Of a stretch of DNA of 64,000 bases, positions 36,326 through 46,649 are shown in pieces (the stretch's first letter is position 1; the number at the start of each line of letters is the position of its first letter). The DNA is from an uncultured Planctomycetota bacterium (GTDB lineage Bacteria; Planctomycetota; Planctomycetia; Isosphaerales; Isosphaeraceae): contig CAWJTV010000024.1 of NCBI GenBank assembly GCA_963845755.1, positions 1 to 64,000 on the forward strand. The letters run 5' to 3'. Position numbers and translations under genes: made by a program. The notes beneath the pieces are model-generated. The model ran no database searches, had not been told where the DNA came from, and saw only the letters and a program-made list of their open reading frames with translations.

Positions 36326-38134
36326 TTACGCGACTGTCCCTTCGGGACTTCCCACACATCCCTTGGGACCTTGACCGGCCTGCACCGCGGCGATCGTGAT
36401 GATCCGGATCAGGTCATATTTCAACATCCAGGCGATCGTCGCGCGGGCCTTGTCATGGTCGATGCCGGCGTCGCGGAAGAGGATGTCCAGGTCGGCGACG
36501 AAGCAAGAAGGATCGGCCCGCTCGAGCGCGCGTCGCAGCAGGCTCGCGTCGGCGACGCGGCGATCGGCAGCGTGGTTTGTCAGCGGGAGGGTCAGCAACG
36601 TTTCCAGCACCATCGGTGCCCCCGGTGTCAGGGCGAGCTGGGTGGGACCGTGGGCGTCGAGCCAGCGAGTCGGGTAGCCGGCGAACGACCGCTCGGGCGG
36701 CGGGTAATGGGCCGGCACATCGCGATCGTCGCCGTCCCGGGCGCGAACTCGGGCGTAATCCTGACGCTGCGTCTCCTGATCGCGCCAGAGGGCCTCGTAG
36801 GCCGCGATCACGCGTGGCCATGCGAAGAGGTCGAGCGCCCGCTTGCGGGCTGCGGCGCCGAGCGACGCGCGGAGGGCTTCGTCTCCGACCAGCCGAGCCA
36901 GGGCCCCCCCGGCGGCGGCGACATCCACCGCGACGGTCTGGCTGACCTCGGCGAGGAAGTGGTCATAGTCGAGCTCACCGAACATCAGTCGAGACGTCGC
37001 CGCACCCGAGGCGCCGCGGACCATCGTGGCCGGCACCAGCAGACCGGTCCGGCCATCGTCGACCAGGTCGCGGTAACCGTCCCAGTCGGTGGCGACCACG
37101 GGCAGCCCACTGGCCATCGCCTCGACGATCACCAGGCCGAACGTCTCCTGGATGTTGTCGACGAGCGAGACGACCAGGTCCGCCGCCCGCCAGACGTCGA
37201 AACGCAGGGACGGGTCCATGCCGTTGACCCAGGTCACCGTGACGCCGGATGCAAAAGCGCGAGCTCCCTCGGCGAAGGCGTCGCGGATCGCCGGATTGGG
37301 AGCCCAGCCGGACATCAGCAGGCGAACGGTGCGGCCGGTCGCCTTCGCCGCCAGATCAACGCCACGAAACATCGGAAACGGGTGCGCCTTGGCGTGGTGC
37401 GCGAATCGTCCCACGAACAGGACGACGATCTCGTCATCGCCGATCCCCAGGGCCGTGCGCACCGCGGCGCGTTCCCCGGCTGTCGCGGGACGGAACCGTT
37501 CGGTGTCGACGCCCAGGGGAATCGTCTCCAGCCGGACGTTCCGCCCGGGCCTCCCGCCGTGCCGGTCACGGAGATACTCGGCATAGCGATCGGTGACCGA
37601 CCGCACCATCGTCGCAACGGCGCGCGACGTGCAGATCAACGCGTCGTGCGGCTCGAACGGCGCGGTGACGTACTCGCAGAGCTGTTTCACCGCGTTGGCG
37701 GAACAGAGCGTGTGGGTTACGCCAGAGAGTGCGAACGACCCGGCCCCCAGCCACTGGCGGGCCCAGGCGTATCGCGAATCGATCGGGAAGGGAAAGTAGA
37801 GTTGATGCGCCGGGGGTTGGTGAGCGAAGTCGTCGTGGAAGAACCGTTCCTCGAAGATCCGGAGCCGTCGTGTCCTCGACCGGCTCGAGGGGTGCTCGCG
37901 ACAGAACCGCTCGAGTGAGACCGCGGCGCCGCGGTGGCGAACCAGGACGGCCATCTCGGTCCAGGTTCCGTGCGTCAGGTACGCGTCGAAGAACGACCGC
38001 CCCGCAACTTGCCGGCCGACCAGGCCGGCGGCCCGGTCCCCGACGGACCCGCCGCGGACCGAGATCGGCTCGACGTAGGCGTCGTCATCGTAGAAGATCC
38101 CGATGTTGCACGGCCGAAGATCGGCGTCGATCAC
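36326..38134 (-). CDS. Glycosyltransferase family 4
   Basis: IPLGVDTERF, VLFVGRFAHHAKAHP, DNIQETFGLVIVEAMASGLPVVATDWDGYRDLV. Confidence 0.9.
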   Translation of the reverse strand: MIDADLRPCNIGIFYDDDAYVEPISVRGGSVGDRAAGLVGRQVAGRSFFDAYLTHGTWTEMAVLVRHRGAAVSLERFCREHPSSRSRTRRLRIFEERFFHDDFAHQPPAHQLYFPFPIDSRYAWARQWLGAGSFALSGVTHTLCSANAVKQLCEYVTAPFEPHDALICTSRAVATMVRSVTDRYAEYLRDRHGGRPGRNVRLETIPLGVDTERFRPATAGERAAVRTALGIGDDEIVVLFVGRFAHHAKAHPFPMFRGVDLAAKATGRTVRLLMSGWAPNPAIRDAFAEGARAFASGVTVTWVNGMDPSLRFDVWRAADLVVSLVDNIQETFGLVIVEAMASGLPVVATDWDGYRDLVDDGRTGLLVPATMVRGASGAATSRLMFGELDYDHFLAEVSQTVAVDVAAAGGALARLVGDEALRASLGAAARKRALDLFAWPRVIAAYEALWRDQETQRQDYARVRARDGDDRDVPAHYPPPERSFAGYPTRWLDAHGPTQLALTPGAPMVLETLLTLPLTNHAADRRVADASLLRRALERADPSCFVADLDILFRDAGIDHDKARATIAWMLKYDLIRIITIAAVQAGQGPKGCVGSPEGTVA

Positions 38135-38214
38135 GAGTTCCCCCGGTCCGATGTTCGTACTCTCAAGGCCGGCGCATCGATGGCCGACGACCGTCGGGTG
38201 ATATCATTCTAATC

Positions 38215-39540
38215 TCAGAGTCGCACCCGCACTCCCAGGCGCCCGAGCAGGCCCGTGACGGCGCAGACGAACACCGCCATCCCCATTGAGCCGGCAAGGA
38301 TCACCCACACCTGCGGTGAGCTCTTGTACTTCAGGACGGTATCCCCCAGTCCGGCCAGTGAAAGGGACTCGACGATGATCGGATGCAGGAAGTAGGCGAC
38401 CAGCGGATTGGCCCCGGCGGGTCGGACGAGGATCGACCAGCCACGATACCCCGCCATGTCGATGAATCGATAAAGGAGCATCCAGGTGACGCAGGTCAGC
38501 GCGGCAGACCAGAAGCACCAGGTCGGCGTCGCCGCGATCTTGTTGATGCCCTCAAATGGATCCGTGACGAGCCCGGCCAGCAGAAGGCCGACGGTGAACG
38601 TCGTGGCCCAGGAAAGCCGATCGCGAGGCGTCACGACATCGCTGTCGCGCCGGAGGATCGTTCCGAGCAGACAGCCAGCCATCGTGATCGCGGCCAAGGA
38701 GCCCAAGGCGTCGCCGAGGCTGACGTACTTGTCGATGCTCTTGACTCCCTCCGCCAGGACTTTGAGCGGCTGCACCGCCCCTCCCAGCCAGGGTTTGTCA
38801 TCCAGCCGCGTGAACAGCCCCCCGTGTTGCATCGCCAGGTGAAGGAGCATGAGGATCGCCAGCGCACCCATCAACCATTCGCGACGCCGGCCCACGAGCA
38901 GGGTGAGCGTGGCGACAGTCAGGTAAGCCCAGCCGATCAGCCCGAGGATTCCCCACCAGCCGGTTTGCATCCAGACCCAACCTTCAATGCGGCCGAGGAA
39001 GGGGACCTCGGAGGTGCCCGGCTCGCGACGATAGAGCGACAACAGAACAATGAGTCCCACGATGCCGAGCGCCTTGACGACGGTCAGCACGGTCCGTCTC
39101 GCGGTGTGCTCGCGAGGCACGTCGCACCACGCCAGAATGATCGCGATGGAAGCCAGCACGCCCCACAGAGGCTGGCCGCGCGTCTGGCTGTCCTCGCTGT
39201 TGTATACGATCACGCCCATGAACAGGAGCCCCGCAGTGCGAATCAGGATGTGGCCGAATAGGGCCCAGGTCGACTTCCCGGCCCCGCGCCCCCGTTCGAA
39301 TGCCAGGGGGATCGACACTCCGACGATAAACAGAAATGCGGGGAACACCACGTCGGCCAGAGTCATGCCGTCGGCGCTGGGAGGCTGAATGTGGTGCATC
39401 CACGACGGGGCACCGTGGCCCAGGTCGTTAACGAAGATCATGAGCAAGATCGTCAGCCCGCGCAGCACGTCGACCGAGATGATCCGCCCGCCCTCCGTCG
39501 GTGCCCTATTGCTCGAAACCTCGACGGATTCCATCGTCAT
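38215..39540 (-). CDS. DUF5009/HGSNAT-like membrane acyltransferase (NagX-like)
   Basis: RIISVDVLRGLTILLMIFVN, TLADVVFPAFLFIVGVSIP, GINKIAATPTW, GANPLVAY; multiple TM helices. Confidence 0.8.
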   Translation of the reverse strand: MTMESVEVSSNRAPTEGGRIISVDVLRGLTILLMIFVNDLGHGAPSWMHHIQPPSADGMTLADVVFPAFLFIVGVSIPLAFERGRGAGKSTWALFGHILIRTAGLLFMGVIVYNSEDSQTRGQPLWGVLASIAIILAWCDVPREHTARRTVLTVVKALGIVGLIVLLSLYRREPGTSEVPFLGRIEGWVWMQTGWWGILGLIGWAYLTVATLTLLVGRRREWLMGALAILMLLHLAMQHGGLFTRLDDKPWLGGAVQPLKVLAEGVKSIDKYVSLGDALGSLAAITMAGCLLGTILRRDSDVVTPRDRLSWATTFTVGLLLAGLVTDPFEGINKIAATPTWCFWSAALTCVTWMLLYRFIDMAGYRGWSILVRPAGANPLVAYFLHPIIVESLSLAGLGDTVLKYKSSPQVWVILAGSMGMAVFVCAVTGLLGRLGVRVRL

Positions 39541-40103
39541 CGAGAAACCCCCTTGCCCTTTTCAGACTGGCGATGACTCCCACTGGCCGGGCCCTAATAA
39601 CTTGGCCCGCCGATGCCCTTGCCGCCCCCCGCCGACCCGAACTCGTGCCGTTCATTGCGAGTGCAGGCGTGTTCATCGTACGGGTCGCCATCGCCGCATT
39701 GCTCCCAGATAAGGACGAATTAGTCTATCGCCTTCCTGGGAACAAGACAAAGGATGAAACAGCTTTAGACATGCGCTTCAGAAGGAGACGCCAGGATCCA
39801 CCACCGCTCGGGTCGCTCTCTCCAAACCATCGAAACTGGCTCTGATTTCCCGATCGGTGTCATTCGCGCCGTCATACCGCTCCGCCCGCCTCATCCCGTT
39901 CACAACAGCGCTCCCGCAGTGAAACACTCGGAGATATAATCTCCCGCCCCCACTTTGGCAAACGGATTGTCGCAGAACTCAAGAATCGGGCTGTTCGAAA
40001 TGCCGTTTGCGAGATCCGGTCATCCGGCTAGAATCGGGTAGATTGCTCGCATGTTGGGCTGCGTCACGGGTGGCCGTTCCTTCTCAACAGCCGTGAGGGC
40101 CTG

Positions 40104-40436
40104 ATGTCCACGACCATGATGGTTCCTGTCACAATCTCATCCGAGACTCGATCTTTCCTCGACCGACTCGGGCAGGCCGAGGATCTAGAGAAGATGATCG
40201 ACCGGGCCAGGCACATCGTGACCGGTCTTCAATCGATCGACGTCGTGCTCGACGCGGCAACGGAGGAGATGCCTCCGGGAGTGGTGCTCTGGGCCCACCG
40301 TGAGGATGTTGGCCCGGAGAGCGACTCGACGCATCGAGACTGGATCGAGTGGATGGCCGCAACATTCCCGCCCGAGGTTTGCCAGAACTTCACCCTGCTG
40401 TCGATCTATCCGCGGCTGTTATCCTTGGTCTCTTGA
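40104..40436 (+). CDS. Hypothetical protein
   Basis: 110-aa ORF with GAGG upstream and plausible composition. Confidence 0.55.
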   Translation: MSTTMMVPVTISSETRSFLDRLGQAEDLEKMIDRARHIVTGLQSIDVVLDAATEEMPPGVVLWAHREDVGPESDSTHRDWIEWMAATFPPEVCQNFTLLSIYPRLLSLVS

Positions 40437-40497
40437 CTTGCCCTTGGGCGTGCCAAGTACCGATGTTCCGTTCGCATTCACCCGAGTCGGTTGCCGC

Positions 40498-41587
40498 TCA
40501 GATCGCCGCCGCGATCGCCCGGCCGACCTCCTCGGTCGAACGCGGTGCCCCCCATGTCCCGTGTCCGCGGCCCTTGCTCGCAGATTTGTTCGATCGCGCG
40601 GAGGATCGCGTCATGGGCATCTTGATAGCGCGCCGCCTCCGCGCCGGGTGCCTGGCCGAGGAAGTCGAGCATCATCGCCGCGGACCAGATCTGGCCGATC
40701 GGATTGGCGATGCCCTGGCCGGCGATATCGGGGCGCTGCCATGGACCGGTTCGAACAGCGACGGGAACCGGCGCGTCGGGTTGAGGTTCGCCGAGGGCGC
40801 GATGCCGATCGTCCCGGTGCAGGCGGGGCCCAGGTCGGACAGGATGTCCCCGAACAGGTTGCTCGCGACGACCACATCGAACCAATGGGGGTTGCGGACG
40901 AAGTGCGCCGTCAGGATATCGACGTGGTAGCGGTCAACGCGCACGTCGGGGTATTCGCGCATCATCGCCTCGACCCGCTCGTCCCAGAACGGCATCGAGA
41001 TCGAGATGCCATTGCTCTTGGTGCAACTGGTCAGATGCTTCTTCGGGCGCGACCGCGCCCGCTCGAAGGCGAATCGCAGGATGCGATCGACCCCGGTTCG
41101 CGTGAAGATCGCTTCCTGCACGACGAATTCGCGCTCGGTGCCCGCGAACATCCGGCCGCCGACGGACGAGTATTCGCCCTCGGTGTTCTCTCGGACCACG
41201 AGGAAGTCGATGTCGCCGGGCCTGCGATCGGCCAGCGGGCATGGGACACCGGGCATCAGGCGCACCGGGCGGCAGGTTGACGTACTGATCGAACTCGCGG
41301 CGGAACTGGATCAAGGAGCCCCAGAGCGAGATGTGATCGGGCACTTTCGCCGGCCAGCCGACGGCGCCGTAGAAGATCGCGTCGTGCCGGCCGATCAGCC
41401 CCTTCCAGTCGTCGGGGAGCATGGCGCCGTGCTTCAGGTAATAGTCGCAGCTCGCGAACTCGAAGTGATCGAACGCGAGGTCGAGCTGGAACCGGCGTGC
41501 GGCCTTTTCCAGGACGCGCAATCCCTCGGGAACGACTTCCTTGCCGATGCCGTCACCTGGAATCACGGCGATCCGAAATGATCTCAT
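40498..41587 (-). CDS. ttuC: Tartrate dehydrogenase/decarboxylase (D-malate dehydrogenase family), frameshifted near 41270, 40735 and 40540
   Basis: [93 protein letters not shown]. Confidence 0.88.
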
Positions 41588-42322
41588 GGATATTCCTCCG
41601 GAGATGGCGGTGCCGCGCGGAGCCGTCGTGCGGCAGCCCGACGCCTGGTGCAACCACTCTTCATTGCAGGAGGGGGAAGTGATGGCCCGTGATCGGTGGG
41701 CAACACCCACCCGGACGCAGCCGGTGACTTCCGCTCTCCATGCCACGCTCAGTGACCAGGGTAATGCGAGGGCCCGGATGGGGCCAGGCCTCAATCTTCG
41801 GACTCGACCCCACCCCGGCAATCGTTCCTCAGGTTCCTGTTGTCGAAGGAAACCGATCTGGGTTCGTTCCGGCGGACGCGGCCAGTTCAGTACTCCTACG
41901 CCGTCGCGAGCCGTAAAGGTAGCCGACTGTCGAACACACCGGCTTGAAGCCGATGGCGGTTCTTCCCAACAATTCTCGGACAGAGCTCGAACGAACAAAG
42001 CCCGGGATTGCCCTCGGTTTTTTCGCAACATTGCGAAATGATATGCCTTGACTCATTGGCAGGATGCTATAGCGGGGCCAGACTGATCGGCGATCGGCCC
42101 GCGCGGTGCCACGAGGGATGGAGTGGCCCTGTTGAGTGATCCGCTAACTTTCCAGTAAATGTCACCTCCCGTGACCGACTGTCACGAAATCAGCCGAGCC
42201 GACAGTTTACGCGACTTGGAAATCGTGACCGGATACGAGAAATTGACTCGGGAAAACACCATCTTCGTGCCGATGGGACAACTGCGCATGCCGCATTCGG
42301 CCTTCGACCCGGAGCTTCCCAG

Positions 42323-42754
42323 ATGAGTCGCCTTATCCTCGTCGCCCTCACAACCCTCATCCTGCCGGGCTGTAGCGTGCTGGACCGCGTTGACATGACG
42401 ATTCAGCAACTCGATACGTCGAACCGTCTGCTGTCCAGGACGAACGAGCAGATGGTCTCCATGAATCAGCGGATGCTCGAAACCCAGGCGCTGATGATCG
42501 AGTCCAATCGCCACGTCGTCGAATCCAATCGCCTGGTGGCGGAGAGCATCAAGAACGTCATCCAATCCAACGCTAAAGTCGATAGATCGAATGAGAATAT
42601 GGACAATACAAATGAGAACATGAAAAAGACGCTTGCCGGAATGGCCGAGAGTAACCGGAACGTCACCCGCAGCAATGCGTTGATGACGGAGATGAATGAG
42701 AAGATGGGCGTGATGATCCAGACGATGCAGAAGATTCCGGGATTGAAACCGTAG
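42323..42754 (+). CDS. Putative lipoprotein with heptad coiled coil
   Basis: Signal peptide ending in LPGC; Asn recurs every 7 residues. Confidence 0.75.
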   Translation: MSRLILVALTTLILPGCSVLDRVDMTIQQLDTSNRLLSRTNEQMVSMNQRMLETQALMIESNRHVVESNRLVAESIKNVIQSNAKVDRSNENMDNTNENMKKTLAGMAESNRNVTRSNALMTEMNEKMGVMIQTMQKIPGLKP

Positions 42755-42779
42755 ACCGGACTCCACGATTCGAAATACC

Positions 42780-42805
42780 GAGGGCCGGAGCGAACCCCGG
42801 CCCTC
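42780..42805. terminator. Hairpin between convergent genes
   Basis: GAGGGCCGG-8N-CCGGCCCTC. Confidence 0.5.
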
Positions 42806-42830
42806 CGTTCAATGTCAGCCAGTTCGCGAT

Positions 42831-43034
42831 CTATGCGGTCGCGTCGTGAATCTTCTTCTTGGCAGCGTCGCCGGCCTCCTCGATCTTATTCCCGGCCTGG
42901 TGGGCCTTGTCCTTAACCCAATCCTTGGCCTCTTCCGCCTTCTCGCCGATCTCATGTCCCACTTCTTTCGCCTTGTCGGCGACTTTGTGGCCGGCGTCCT
43001 TCGCCTTGTCTTTGAATGATTCAGCCATCGTCAT
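42831..43034 (-). CDS. Small LEA/CsbD-like stress protein
   Basis: 11-mer K/D/E/A-rich repeats (KDKAKDAGHKV, ADKAKEVGHEI, GEKAEEAKDWV); RBS AGGAG. Confidence 0.75.
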   Translation of the reverse strand: MTMAESFKDKAKDAGHKVADKAKEVGHEIGEKAEEAKDWVKDKAHQAGNKIEEAGDAAKKKIHDATA

Positions 43035-43718
43035 CTCCTGACTGTAAGGGTATCCCTGGCGAAACTGGTTCCGTCGGGATAAGGAGCAAAGCGCGTGCCG
43101 TTGCGGCTTGGCTCAGCCAATCCCGATCGGTACGCCTGGGGTACTCTCTGATGACTCCTGATCCAACCGAATCGCGGTAAAACGTCGTTCGACTGGAGTA
43201 CACGAAGAGCACCTGGAGCAATTCAATGAGCAGATGGCCGTTCGCGTACAGCGCGGTGAACCGCTCCTCGCGTCGCGAGCCCGCGTCTGATAATCGCAAT
43301 TGTGTTAGGTTGCGTTCGATCGTAGCGAGTATGCCGCCTGTGACCTCGCGACGGTCTTTGGGTCGCTTTCGATGCCTACCAGGAGGGATAGGCCTTGCGA
43401 TAGCAGACGGACAAAAACCAACGGTCTACCGTGTCCGCTTGTCCAGAAGACGGTGCGCGGCTCCTGCGCCTTCGGTCACGAAAGGCGGAATTGTTGCGCC
43501 TTCCAGCCAACGCTGATGCGTCCGTCGCCGCTGGGCGCGGGCTTGCCTGGCGAGGAATTCGTGGCGTTGCCCCCCGAGTCCGCGAGTCTTCTCGCGGGGC
43601 GAGTGCGCCTTTGTACGCGGAAGGCGCAGCCGGAGCGGGGACGGCGTTAGGCGGGGGCACAGGGAATTATCTCCGGCAAAATCGGCCGGGAAGAATCCCC
43701 GCCGAGACGTCTTGCAAA

Positions 43719-43757
43719 TCCCCACTCGTGTAACCATACTAGTTACACGAGTGGGGA
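43719..43757. promoter_or_regulatory. Putative Rrf2 (HypR/SaiR/YwnA-type) operator
   Basis: Perfect 16-bp inverted repeat TCCCCACTCGTGTAAC-7N-GTTACACGAGTGGGGA upstream of the esterase-rrf2 operon. Confidence 0.75.
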
Positions 43758-43804
43758 CGTCCCCACGCCGAATCTCGTGCGAGGCCCCAACCACGGAGAT
43801 GGGC

Positions 43805-44707
43805 ATGAAGCGAGGCGTTTGGCTACTTGGACTGTCGCTGTCACTCGGGATGGCTTCGGCCTCGCCGGGGCAGTTGTTCAAGACTGCGAAGGTCCCTGAG
43901 GGCACGCGAGTGCATCGGAACCTGGAATACGTCAAGGGGGGGCACCAGCGGCAGAAGCTCGATCTCTACGTCCCCGAGAAGGCCGACGGCCCGCTGCCGG
44001 TCATCGTCTGGGTCCATCCCGGTGCCTGGATGTTCGGCGGTAAGGAGGAATGCCCGGCAATCCCCTTCCTCAGCAAGGGGTATGCCGTCGCTAGCATCAA
44101 CCATCGCTACAGCCGGCAGGCCCCGTTCCCGGCCCAAATCGAGGACTGCAAGGCCGCGATTCGCTGGCTGCGGGCTAACGCCAAGACCTACAACCTCGAC
44201 ACCGAACGCTTCGGTGTCTGGGGGGCGTCCTCGGGTGGGCACCTCTCGGCTCTCCTCGGGACCTCGGGCGACGTGAAGAACCTCGAAGGCACCCAAGGCG
44301 AGACGGGTCCGTCGAGCCGGGTTCAGGCGGTCGTCGATTGGTTCGGCCCGACCGACGTTGCAAAGATGGGCGGTATGCATGACGGCAGCGACTCGCCGGA
44401 GTCCCGCCTGCTGGGTGGTCCGGTGCAGGAGAACAAGGACAAGGCCGAGCGGGCGAACCCCATCGCCTACGTCTCGAAGGACGACCCGCCCTTCCTCGTC
44501 ATGCACGGCGACCGCGATAATATGGTGCCCTTCAATCAGAGCGAGTTGCTGTACGAGGCCCTGAAGAAGGCCGGCGTCGATGTGACGTTCAAGCCCGTCA
44601 AGGGGGCCGGGCACGGCACCCGAGAATTCGGCACCGAGGAGAGCATGAAGCTCGTCGAGGACTTCTTCGACAGGCACCTGAAGAAGGGGGCCGGAGCTTC
44701 ACGATAG
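43805..44707 (+). CDS. Secreted alpha/beta hydrolase (esterase/lipase, BD-FAE-like)
   Basis: Signal peptide, VWVHPGAW, GASSGG nucleophile elbow, MHGDRDNMVP, GAGHG. Confidence 0.9.
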   Translation: MKRGVWLLGLSLSLGMASASPGQLFKTAKVPEGTRVHRNLEYVKGGHQRQKLDLYVPEKADGPLPVIVWVHPGAWMFGGKEECPAIPFLSKGYAVASINHRYSRQAPFPAQIEDCKAAIRWLRANAKTYNLDTERFGVWGASSGGHLSALLGTSGDVKNLEGTQGETGPSSRVQAVVDWFGPTDVAKMGGMHDGSDSPESRLLGGPVQENKDKAERANPIAYVSKDDPPFLVMHGDRDNMVPFNQSELLYEALKKAGVDVTFKPVKGAGHGTREFGTEESMKLVEDFFDRHLKKGAGASR

Positions 44708-44741
44708 GCCCGGTCAGGTGATAGGGACCATCGGAGAGGCG

Positions 44742-45176
44742 ATGCTCAGTTCCAAGCTCACCGTCGGAATCCACATCCTGACCCTGCTGGCGTTGACGCC
44801 GGGCCAGGCCCAGACCTCCGAGTACATCGCCGGGAGCGTGAACACGAATCCGGTCGTGATTCGGCGGCTCCTCGGCCTGCTCCGCGAGGCGGGCATCGTC
44901 GAGTCCCAGGGCGGACACGGCGGCGGCTGGCGGCTCGTGCATCCCGCCGAGCGAATCACGCTCCTCGATGTCCTCCGGGCGGTCGAGCCGAAGGGCGACA
45001 CCATCGCCCTGCATCGGGGCGAGCCAAACCCGCTCTGCCCCGTGGGGCGGAACATCCAGGGTGTCCTTACCGGAGTTTATGGCGAGGTTGAGCGACGGAT
45101 GGATGAGCAACTCGCCCGGACGACCATCGCGGGCGTCCTGGGCTCGGTCCACAAGCAGGAGCGGGAACGGGCGTAA
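44742..45176 (+). CDS. Rrf2-family transcriptional regulator (YwnA/HypR/SaiR-like)
   Basis: SSKLTVGIHIL, TSEYIAGSVNTNPVVIRR, GGHGGG, ITLLDV, PNPLCPVGRNI. Confidence 0.92.
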   Translation: MLSSKLTVGIHILTLLALTPGQAQTSEYIAGSVNTNPVVIRRLLGLLREAGIVESQGGHGGGWRLVHPAERITLLDVLRAVEPKGDTIALHRGEPNPLCPVGRNIQGVLTGVYGEVERRMDEQLARTTIAGVLGSVHKQERERA

Positions 45177-45195
45177 GCCCCTTTTTTTGCCATCA

Positions 45196-45218
45196 TGTGT
45201 AACAAAAACGGTTGCACA
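45196..45218. promoter_or_regulatory. Second putative Rrf2 operator
   Basis: TGTGTAAC-7N-GTTGCACA upstream of the SnoaL gene, just after a GGGC-GTAA-GCCC hairpin and T7 run. Confidence 0.7.
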
Positions 45219-45244
45219 AGAGAGCCTTTTCAAAGGAGGAGACG

Positions 45245-46105
45245 ATGGGAGCGAGTCGAACCGGATTGGGTCTTGCGGCGATGCTCGTCGCCACGGCGGC
45301 GGCCCTCACGGGGACGGTCCGGGCTCAGGAGGGCAAGGCGGACACCGAGGGCCGCAAGCGGCAGGTGGTCGAGCTGCTCAAGAGCATCGAAACCGGCGAC
45401 GCGAAGCCGGTTGCCGTTATCAACCCGAAGAAGTACATCCAGCACAACCAAGCCGTCGCCGACGGCCTGGAGGGCTTCGGGGCTCTGCTCAAGCAGCTCC
45501 CGCCCAATTCGGCGAAGGTCAAGACCGTGCGAGTGTTCCGCGACGGCGATTTCGTCTTCACGCACACGGATTATGACTTCTTCGGCCCCAAGGTCGGTTT
45601 CGACGTCTTCCGCTTCGAGGACGGGAAGATTGTCGAGCACTGGGACAACCTTGCCGAGAAGGTGAAGCAGCCGAACCGCAGCGGCCACACGCAGACCGAC
45701 GGGCCGACCGAGGCGAAGGACCTCGACAAGACCGATGCCAACAGGACGCTGGTGCGGGCCTTCTACGAAGACATCCTGATGAAGGGCAAGAAGGAGAAGC
45801 TCGCCGACTACTTCGGCGACACGTACATCCAGCACAGCCCCGGCCTGGGTGACGGCGTCGAGGGATTCAGTCGGCTGGTGGGGATGGTCGCTACCCCGAA
45901 CAGCCCCATCAAGTTCGACAAGATTCACAAGGTGCTGGGCGAGGGGGAGTTCGTCCTGGTCATGAGCGAGGGGTCGTTCCGCGGGAAGCCCTCGGCCTTC
46001 TACGACCTGTTCCGGGTCGAGGGTGGCAAGGTCGTCGAGCATTGGGACGCCATCGAGGCCATCCCGCCCAAGTCGGAGCGGAAGAACGACAACGGCAAGT
46101 TCTGA
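45245..46105 (+). CDS. Secreted tandem SnoaL/NTF2-like protein
   Basis: Signal peptide; two repeats of YIQH..DG.EGF...FD.FR.E.GK.VEHWD; ends KNDNGKF. Confidence 0.88.
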   Translation: MGASRTGLGLAAMLVATAAALTGTVRAQEGKADTEGRKRQVVELLKSIETGDAKPVAVINPKKYIQHNQAVADGLEGFGALLKQLPPNSAKVKTVRVFRDGDFVFTHTDYDFFGPKVGFDVFRFEDGKIVEHWDNLAEKVKQPNRSGHTQTDGPTEAKDLDKTDANRTLVRAFYEDILMKGKKEKLADYFGDTYIQHSPGLGDGVEGFSRLVGMVATPNSPIKFDKIHKVLGEGEFVLVMSEGSFRGKPSAFYDLFRVEGGKVVEHWDAIEAIPPKSERKNDNGKF

Positions 46106-46409
46106 AGCCCGAATTCCCCTTCCTCTCCCTCGGAGATGCCCGCAATATCGCTCCGCCGAAGAGCCTTGCTTATGGCCGCCCTCGTCGCAGCCGGCCATAG
46201 GGAAGGCTCTTCGGACGGATGTCGGCCAAGGGAACATAAAGGCCGTTCCAGGACGGAGCGTTACCAGTGCGTGATTTGGGGCAGATCGCGCACCGCTGAA
46301 CCGACACTCACCGCCGAGTGTTGGTTTTTGTCCGTTTACTATCGCAACCCCGGATACGGAAACACTCCCCCTGCATGGTCGGCCTCGCGACGATGCCGCC
46401 GGTGGCCGA

Positions 46410-46560
46410 GGGTTTCGCGTGACCGACACCGGAGTCGGGATGGCGCCGAGCTCGCTCGCCAGAGCCTTCGACCTCTTCGCCCAAGGCGACCGGACGTTCG
46501 CCCGCTCCGAGGGTGGGCTCACGCTCGTCAAGAGCCTCAATGAGATGCGCGGCGGCGCCG
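46410..46560 (+). pseudogene. Histidine kinase HATPase remnant
   Basis: RVTDTGVGMAPSSLARAFDLFAQGDRTFARSEGGL-TLVKSL (G1/F boxes; the G2 GIGL is missing); no full gene. Confidence 0.65.
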
Positions 46561-46649
46561 CCACGGAGAGCGATATTGACGCAGGCCCGGCGGTCGGCGG
46601 GCCATATGATGATGGTCTTCACCGGCCCACCGCGAGGCCGCCTTCGCGC

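Larger units (their letters stand above)
43391..46351. mobile_element. Non-autonomous Tn3-family cassette (no transposase) carrying an esterase, an Rrf2 regulator and a SnoaL protein
   Basis: Right IR GGGGTTGCGATAGTAAACGGACAAAAACCAACACTCGG; left IR GGCCTTGCGATAGCAGACGGACAAAAACCAACGGTCTA (26/28 core identity). 5-bp TSD GGATA at 43386-43390 and 46352-46356. Confidence 0.85.
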
